Source: a virus
Virus record (IMG/VR): IMGVR_UViG_3300045988_043100
Location: 1 to 30,518 of that record
Length of the DNA stretch: 30,518 nt
Direction: 5' to 3' (one strand)
Positions 24,882-30,518 of the stretch are shown here, in pieces. The stretch's first letter is position 1. Every line of letters begins with the position of its first letter. The notes beneath the pieces are model-generated. The model saw only the letters and a list, made by a program, of their open reading frames with translations. It did not search any database and was not told the origin of the DNA. The position numbers were made by a program, and so were the translations under genes.

Positions 24882-26156
24882 TCATTCGTTTTCACCCTTT
24901 CCAGACCAGTCCAGCCAGTCAAATTCTCTGCGCACAATGGTATGGCACATATAGCGTATGTCGTCCATTGCATGGTCAAATTCTTTTATAACTCTATCTT
25001 CCGGTGCATCGGCGTCCCAGCTGTAAAGCCCGAACTCATCCATGGCGTTTTTGCAGCTCTTATGCACCAGCATCCTCCCGGCGTTCAGAAGGGAAGAGAC
25101 GGTGGCAATTCCGGGTATCACATCGTTGTTTGCATTCCAGGCATCGTACTTGTCATGCCGCCGGATTGTCTCCTTAAAGCTAGTTGCGCTTGGGTCAATG
25201 ACGATAGCTTCTATCGGTATATCACCGATGATTGCATCCAGAGCGGCATAATGCCCTTCATCGTCTTTCTTCGGCTTCTGTTGGCCGTATTGGTCGACAC
25301 TTTTGCTGTCATAGTAATACTCTCGCCAGCAATACGCCACGCCCTTGTATAGCGCCCACAGATGGGCGGAAAACGGATTGTTGATGCCGTAGTCACAAGA
25401 CACCCAAAACTCCGCACCCCGCATGGGTGTTCCATCGCCCCGAAGGAAAGGTGTATCGGCGAATGTGTGCTTTTCTTCGTCAAAATTCTGGTACACCAGA
25501 CCGTCAGCCATGACCCACTCGCCCAACACATAGCGCTGATAGAACACGCCGGAGAAGTCCTGCTTGTACCTTGCCAGGGTCTTTTCTGATAGTGACGGGT
25601 TGTCAGTCATGGAGAAGTGCAGATACAGGGCGTTATGTTTTTCCCTGCCCAATATCCACTCCTGGTAAAACCAGTGCTTCGGGCTGGCCGGGTTGCAGGA
25701 AAACCAAATCTTTGCCCCCTCGACAGAGCACCGCGTGAGTGCCTGCTGCACGAACGACTGCGGCATCAGCACCACCTCGTCCAGAAGCACACCGGCAAGC
25801 GTGCGGCCTTGGATCAGAGCGGCGCTGGCTTCATCTTTTCCACCGAACACTTCAAAGATGTTCACCGTGTTTCCTCGGCGCACTTCCATGATCTTCTCAG
25901 ACCGTCTCCACTTTATGGAGTACCGTTCCTGTGCCCACGCCATTTGAGTATAGGGGACAACAATGTTCTTCGTTGCGCTGTCCACGGTCTTGCCGCAGAT
26001 TCCAAACCGGCATCCGTTGAAATTCTCCATAGCCCAGCGGATGAAAGAAACGGTCATTATTGAGGTTTTCCCGCTGCGGACGGCTCCATCGCACACGATT
26101 GCATCGTATGCGGAGTATGGGAAGGCAAGGATTTTTTGCTGTTTTTCCGAAATCAA
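24882..26156 (-). CDS. terL: Terminase large subunit (PBSX family).
   Basis: Walker A VCDGAVRSGKT and a C-terminal nuclease region (DYG...D). Confidence 0.9.
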   Translation of the reverse strand: MISEKQQKILAFPYSAYDAIVCDGAVRSGKTSIMTVSFIRWAMENFNGCRFGICGKTVDSATKNIVVPYTQMAWAQERYSIKWRRSEKIMEVRRGNTVNIFEVFGGKDEASAALIQGRTLAGVLLDEVVLMPQSFVQQALTRCSVEGAKIWFSCNPASPKHWFYQEWILGREKHNALYLHFSMTDNPSLSEKTLARYKQDFSGVFYQRYVLGEWVMADGLVYQNFDEEKHTFADTPFLRGDGTPMRGAEFWVSCDYGINNPFSAHLWALYKGVAYCWREYYYDSKSVDQYGQQKPKKDDEGHYAALDAIIGDIPIEAIVIDPSATSFKETIRRHDKYDAWNANNDVIPGIATVSSLLNAGRMLVHKSCKNAMDEFGLYSWDADAPEDRVIKEFDHAMDDIRYMCHTIVRREFDWLDWSGKGENE

Positions 26157-26569
26157 TCGCTTTTCAGCCCCTTTGCCAATTCCTCCAGCGACTTAGATAG
26201 CCCATCTTTCTCCCGGCTGTCTCCCATGCCTCTGCCGTTCGCCGTGAACTTGTCAATCAGCGTACCCATTGCCGTTGTGACCTCGGATGCCGTCCGGGCG
26301 TCCTTGATTTTCTCCGGCAGAACAGACAGTCCAATATCAATGATACCGCAAACCTCCTGTCGCTTACTATCCATATACGCCAGTATGTCTGCGGTATTCT
26401 GCTCTTTTTTCTGTTCAATCTTTTGCCGGATATCGCCACACTCATTGACGACACGCTTCACAGTGCCGTCGGATACGCCGTTTTTCCGGCCTGCGGCACG
26501 ATAGCTGCCCAGCTCCAGATAGTCAGCCACTATTTTCTTTTTTTGCTTATCTGTCAGCCTTGCAGCCAT
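26153..26569 (-). CDS. terS: Terminase small subunit.
   Basis: N-terminal HTH RLTDKQKKKIVADYLELGSYRAAGRKNGVSDGTVKRV. ATGA overlap with terL. Confidence 0.75.
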   Translation of the reverse strand: MAARLTDKQKKKIVADYLELGSYRAAGRKNGVSDGTVKRVVNECGDIRQKIEQKKEQNTADILAYMDSKRQEVCGIIDIGLSVLPEKIKDARTASEVTTAMGTLIDKFTANGRGMGDSREKDGLSKSLEELAKGLKSD

Positions 26570-26581
26570 GTTATTATCCTC

Positions 26582-26920
26582 TTAGGTATATTTTCTTATA
26601 AGTTGTGCAAATGCTTGAGCTTTTCCGTTTTTGCTGGTGTCGGAAAAATTGATTCCTTTCATTTTATCAATTATGCTTGATGCGCTTGTTTCTTCGTTTA
26701 TGGCTTTTTTGAGATCTGAAAATCTTTTATTCGAGGCTGTTTTTTGCGCCGAAGAAAGCAATTTGTATTGGGGATTTGATTCAGCTTCCTTTTTCCCCCA
26801 CGAAAGTACATTATTTGCATTTTTCCTAAGCGATGTAGCAAATTCAACCTGTTTTGCCGTGCCGCTCAATCTCGCTCCACCGCCTGCACCACCGCCTCCG
26901 CTTCCGCCTCTACCTCCCAT
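26582..26920 (-). CDS. Hypothetical protein with a Gly-rich N-terminus, in a low-GC moron region.
   Basis: ORF in an AT-rich island. Confidence 0.45.
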   Translation of the reverse strand: MGGRGGSGGGGAGGGARLSGTAKQVEFATSLRKNANNVLSWGKKEAESNPQYKLLSSAQKTASNKRFSDLKKAINEETSASSIIDKMKGINFSDTSKNGKAQAFAQLIRKYT

Positions 26921-27462
26921 TATTTCTCCTCCTGACGATTTGTTCGTAGTGTGGCTCTACACGAACCACATTCCAATCAAACTCTTCCGGGCACTTTCCA
27001 TACCACAGTATTTGAAATGGATTAAGTTTTCTTATCGCTTCTCTGCATCCATCTGCAAAAAGCTGCATTGATTCTTTTTTGTTCTGCGTACCCACGCTAG
27101 ATATGCTAATGGTGCTGTTTGTCGGTTCTCCATATGGCTACCGGCATATCTGTATATTGCGAAAAGTCAGGCGTGCATACCGCCCGAAACCTTTTTAACA
27201 GCGAAATATAATCATCCGCCTTGTTCCACAGTCTTGCGAACTGGTAATCATCCAAATAAAAATGTATTCCTTTGTTTTCGGGGTCTTTGCAGGTTTTTGC
27301 GTAATTAAACGGAATCCAATCTATTTTTCGTATATCTATGTTTTCTGGCTTTATTTTTGGTATGTCATATTTCCCAACGCCACTGATGTACGCTTTGTTT
27401 AGATTTTCAAAATTTATCATTTTTCGTTGCCGCTCCCGCCATGCGTAAAATGCAACGGACAC
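26910..27462 (-). pseudogene. Possible frameshift-disrupted gene. The ORF 27106..27462 (118 aa; IHFYLDDYQFARLWNK...VCTPDFSQYTDMP resembles DUF4417) stops 10 nt before the ORF 26910..27095 begins in another frame.
   Basis: Two adjacent ORFs in different frames within low-GC DNA. A disruption of a single DUF4417-like gene is inferred. Confidence 0.3.
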
Positions 27463-27620
27463 CCGCCCTTTCGGGCACTCCTGCGTGTTGGAGCCGCCCC
27501 CGGCTCATGCACCTGCGGGGCGACAGATTTCCCGGCGGGCGGAGGTGGTACCCGCCGGGACGGAGAATGAAGGGAAATGTGGAAAGGAATGTGAAGAGGT
27601 AGGGTTTCCCCTACCTCTTC
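27463..27620. other. GC-rich structured intergenic element with several perfect hairpins.
   Basis: Hairpins seen: gaagaggtaggg/ccctacctcttc (12 bp), cccggcggg/cccgccggg (9 bp), gagccg/cggctc. Confidence 0.4.
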
Positions 27621-27668
27621 ATTGTATCAGTTTTTTCGGCTTTGGCTGATACGATTGTATCAGCTCTT

Positions 27669-27878
27669 TTATTTTTCTTTTCCTGCCAAATAATCAAGCG
27701 ATACGCCGTAATAATCGGCAATGAGCACCAGAGCACTAAGGCTTGGCTCACGCTCACCGCGCTCATATTTTCGTAGGGCAGAAGGGGAGAGGCCAATCAA
27801 CTGAGATGTAATCACCATGCTGCGGACTGGCCTCATATGTTCCCGGAGGGAGCGCAGCCGCTGCGGAAACCCATCCAT
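27669..27878 (-). CDS. HTH XRE-family transcriptional regulator. The start has been trimmed to the ATG at 27878.
   Basis: HTH_3 motif LRSLREHMRPVRSMVITSQLIGLSPSALRKYERGE. RBS agagggg. Confidence 0.6.
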   Translation of the reverse strand: MDGFPQRLRSLREHMRPVRSMVITSQLIGLSPSALRKYERGEREPSLSALVLIADYYGVSLDYLAGKEK

Positions 27879-27892
27879 CCTATCCCCTCTTT

Positions 27893-28231
27893 CTAGCTTT
27901 TGATTCCCGGGTCTTCCCACCCTTCGTACCTTTCCGGCCAGGGCAAGGCGTCGGAAAAAATCTGCTGAAGCCGCTGATCCACCTTTGCCCGGATATAATC
28001 AGCTTCCGGTCCGCCAGTCAAAGCCGGCATAATCTCTTCCAATCTCTGATTCATTGCGGCGCCGATCTTCTTCAAGCGCTTTTCGCCGAAAGTGTCCTTG
28101 CCCATTATCTCCGGATCGCTCAGAGTGATCGAAAAAGCATCAAACATCATCTGGCCCATCCAGAGCTTGATGATATACTCCCGGGCATCCCGTTGGGCTT
28201 GCAGCTTTGCTGCGTATGCGTTCTTTCCCAT
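27893..28231 (-). CDS. Hypothetical phage protein (112 aa). The start has been trimmed to the ATG at 28231.
   Basis: AAGGAGG lies 7 nt upstream. Confidence 0.5.
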   Translation of the reverse strand: MGKNAYAAKLQAQRDAREYIIKLWMGQMMFDAFSITLSDPEIMGKDTFGEKRLKKIGAAMNQRLEEIMPALTGGPEADYIRAKVDQRLQQIFSDALPWPERYEGWEDPGIKS

Positions 28232-28233
28232 GC

Positions 28234-28734
28234 TTATTCCTCCTTTTTGATTCTCGCAGCTTTTGGAAAAAATCCACGGCATACTTTGTTGTCTCCGTTG
28301 CACCAGCCGCGATTATTGACGCATTCAGGGCGGAAGTTTGCGCAGTATAGCGCGGCATTGTGCACGCCTCCGGTCACAAAGTCCGTGAAATCGTCGCACA
28401 ATTCCATTGCGATTTCTTTCGCTTTTTCCGCCCTGGCTTCCTCCGCCTTTCTGCGCTCCACTTCAATCATGTGGTTTCTCTCAGCAACGGCGCAATCTTG
28501 ACAGGCTTCGTCTCGTTGTTTTTCCGCCGCCTCTGCGCGGGCCACCAGCTCACCAGTTGCAATATTGTTGCAAGTTGGTTGCAAGATCGTCGGCGTCTGC
28601 CCTTCGTCCCCCAACATCGAGAGCACGGCCCGGCAGGCCGCCAGACGGGTTTTTGCGTGTGGATAATTCGCCATGTACTCCCGGATTTTCACGGCAAGCG
28701 CATTTGCATCAATGGGTCTTACTTCATTTTTCAT
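28234..28734 (-). CDS. Hypothetical protein with a Cys-rich C-terminus.
   Basis: 166 aa in operon context. Confidence 0.45.
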   Translation of the reverse strand: MKNEVRPIDANALAVKIREYMANYPHAKTRLAACRAVLSMLGDEGQTPTILQPTCNNIATGELVARAEAAEKQRDEACQDCAVAERNHMIEVERRKAEEARAEKAKEIAMELCDDFTDFVTGGVHNAALYCANFRPECVNNRGWCNGDNKVCRGFFPKAARIKKEE

Positions 28735-28773
28735 TGACAGCCTCCAACTCTACTAGTGGGCACCATGTCGGCT

Positions 28774-29889
28774 TTACATATTTCCAATTTCCGTTTGGCC
28801 AAATCCAATCTCTTCCGGCCTCCACCCAACGCCGATATAATCCAAAACACGGCCCCAGCCGTATCTTTGCCCCTTTTCATCCACGCAGCATCTATGCATC
28901 CAGAAATCCCACTCTTTGGGATTGCTCTGGTAAAGCCTGTCGAACCGATGGGGACGCTTTTCCAGATGGATGCCAAATCCGCACATCGAGCACCCCGTCC
29001 GCTGGGCCTTTGTGGTGCGTAGCGTTCCATCTGCATCCCGAACGATCTCACCGTAAATCTCCGGCACGGGCACATTCAAATCCAGAGCCAGCTGCAAAAG
29101 GTCCTGACGGCTGAAAATTGCAAAAGGAGCCGAGCGAATTGTGCTTTTCCCAAAATAATTGCATCCGTGCATCATCAGCGACTTTTGTCGGCGCCCCCCC
29201 TCAGATGCCATCAGACCCAAATAGGGAACGCTGTTGTGCTTTTTGGCCCAATCTTCACAAGGCTTCTCCTTGAGATAGTAGCAGCATTTCGACGAAACCT
29301 TGAAGGGAGCGATCTTGTAATTCACCCCTTCGCTCTCATTTTCATACCCGGCGAAAAGCTCCAGCCATTTTTGAGCCAGCTTCATCCGTGTATCTTTGCG
29401 ATATCCGCCATATTCTCCCGTCTCTCCGGTGATGATGGCGTGCCGTACCGTAGCATTCTCCCGTGTCGGTCTTTGCAGCAACTCAATCTTTCCCGCCGTT
29501 TCTTTGCTCAAAACAGGAAACCCAAACTCTTGCAGAATGCTGGCCTTGTTCCATGTGTTTCCGTTTTTGTCTTTCAGCGGCGGGATCGACTCGATCCCCA
29601 GTGCCTTATGTACCTTCTGGATGCTCTTATCTTCCAGATGGGAGCAGGAAATCCCCGGCACACCCATGTGCAGTCTTTCATTGATGAAGAGGAAAAGAGT
29701 AATACTGTCCAGGCCTCCCACCGAAACATGGCAATTCAGGCCCCTTCTTTCGCACTCTCCGAAAAATTCGGTGGCCCTTTTGGCTGCATAGGCAACTTTT
29801 TGCTCATAGGGCAAGCCCTGGTTGATCCGGAACCTCGCCACCTTTTCTTCTGTGTTCTCTTCTTTCATTCTTTCCAGAATGCTCTTCAT
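28774..29889 (-). CDS. Phosphoadenosine-phosphosulfate-reductase-family (PP-loop ATP pyrophosphatase-like) protein. The start has been trimmed to the ATG at 29889.
   Basis: PP-loop-like motif CHVSVGGLDSITLFLF. The size and Cys clusters are typical of phage PAPS-reductase-like proteins found near terminase genes. ATGA overlap with the upstream gene. Confidence 0.6.
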   Translation of the reverse strand: MKSILERMKEENTEEKVARFRINQGLPYEQKVAYAAKRATEFFGECERRGLNCHVSVGGLDSITLFLFINERLHMGVPGISCSHLEDKSIQKVHKALGIESIPPLKDKNGNTWNKASILQEFGFPVLSKETAGKIELLQRPTRENATVRHAIITGETGEYGGYRKDTRMKLAQKWLELFAGYENESEGVNYKIAPFKVSSKCCYYLKEKPCEDWAKKHNSVPYLGLMASEGGRRQKSLMMHGCNYFGKSTIRSAPFAIFSRQDLLQLALDLNVPVPEIYGEIVRDADGTLRTTKAQRTGCSMCGFGIHLEKRPHRFDRLYQSNPKEWDFWMHRCCVDEKGQRYGWGRVLDYIGVGWRPEEIGFGQTEIGNM

Positions 29890-30095
29890 GGCTTTCTTCC
29901 TTTCTTCGCTCTCCGCATCCACATTTTTCTGGCCGCAATGTGCAGCACGGCATCTGCTTCGTTTTGACTTTTCTTTTGCTTGCGCAAGCGTTCTCGTTCT
30001 GCGTTTGCAGCTTCCACTTCATCCAGATAACGCTGACAGCTTCCGTGGCAACCGATGTGCCTTTCGGTGCAGTCCTTGCAGCATGTGATGCTCAT
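29886..30095 (-). CDS. Small Cys-rich protein (CCKDC...CHGSC).
   Basis: 69 aa, coupled to its neighbours. Confidence 0.45.
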   Translation of the reverse strand: MSITCCKDCTERHIGCHGSCQRYLDEVEAANAERERLRKQKKSQNEADAVLHIAARKMWMRRAKKGRKP

Positions 30096-30518
30096 CTATG
30101 CTCCACCGCCGCTTGCCGGTTAATGTAAAAATGGATTCCCGGCGCACATTCATTCCACCTGTTTTGGTCAAAATTGGGGACGCTTACCATCTCACCGGTG
30201 CGGTACACAAAGGATGCATCATAAATGCTCCTTGCTTCCTCAACCTCCCCTTCTTCCGTCTCGATCCCCAGCACAAGGGCCTTGTCACACCGGCATTTGC
30301 TCCCAGCTGCAGAGGTTCGCTGGGCATCCTCCAGAATTTTCAATTTAATGATCGCTGGCATGCCATCCACGCCTTTCCCTTTCTTCCAGCCGATAAATTC
30401 TCCTTGTTCTGGGCACGCAAGGGGTATTTGTATATTTTTGGCTCCACTCAGGTCGGCTCCACTCAGGTCGGCTCCACTCAGATCGGCTCCACTCAGGTCG
30501 GCTCCAATCAGGTCGGCT
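30092..30518 (-). CDS. 3' part of the junction-spanning pentapeptide-repeat protein. It comprises the repeats A(D/N)L(S/I)G (about 6 units across the junction), then AKNIQIP, then a roughly 115-aa C-terminal domain with conserved Cys (KCRCD, ECAPGIHFY).
   Basis: The minus-strand frame is open from 30518 to the stop at 30092 and is in phase with the ORF at 1-143 once the 54-nt overlap is removed. The repeats match the A(D/N)LXX consensus. Confidence 0.6.
   Translation of the reverse strand, partial: ADLIGADLSGADLSGADLSGADLSGAKNIQIPLACPEQGEFIGWKKGKGVDGMPAIIKLKILEDAQRTSAAGSKCRCDKALVLGIETEEGEVEEARSIYDASFVYRTGEMVSVPNFDQNRWNECAPGIHFYINRQAAVEHR
30421..30518. repeat. 15-bp tandem repeat array identical to 1-70. 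The last 54 nt equal the first 54 nt of the window.
   Basis: Direct comparison of the two ends of the sequence. Confidence 0.9.

Noticed and set aside
27611-27796. 61-aa ORF overlapping the XRE regulator and the hairpin region.
   Set aside because: It overlaps the better-supported regulator gene in another frame, and its start lies inside a 12-bp hairpin.

Overview
The window reads as a complete, probably circular, temperate siphovirus-like phage genome of about 30.46 kb. The first 54 nt and the last 54 nt are identical, which is what a circular contig with overlapping ends would show. Nearly all real genes are on the minus strand; the long plus-strand ORFs in those regions are antisense shadows in GC-rich coding DNA.

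Gene order along the minus strand (high to low coordinates, wrapping across the junction):
- A pentapeptide-repeat gene that spans the window junction.
- An early/replication module: RusA resolvase, two replication-initiation/organiser-like proteins, a MazG-like protein, RecT recombinase, a YqaJ-type exonuclease, several small Cys-rich proteins, an Xis-like HTH protein and a Cro-like repressor.
- A late module: terminase small and large subunits, portal, SPP1 gp7-like minor head protein, scaffold, major capsid, four head-tail joining proteins, phi13-type major tail protein, two tail chaperones, tape measure, distal tail/Tal-like proteins, and a receptor-binding tail fibre whose 3' half is AT-rich.
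- A lysis module: two XkdX-like small proteins, a phiLC3-type holin and an amidase_2 endolysin.

On the plus strand there is a CI-like repressor divergent from cro, separated from it by a consensus promoter and an operator-like palindrome. An AT-rich two-gene accessory cassette with its own terminator follows. Then comes a tyrosine integrase with an N-terminal zinc ribbon and AP2-type arm-binding domain, and a candidate attP just downstream.

The most interesting loci are the junction-spanning pentapeptide-repeat gene, the AT-rich cassette between repressor and integrase, a second low-GC moron region next to the small terminase subunit (terS) with a possibly frameshifted gene, and a GC-rich multi-hairpin intergenic element.

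All functional calls rest on my recognition of family-typical motifs in the translated ORFs. No database search was run.
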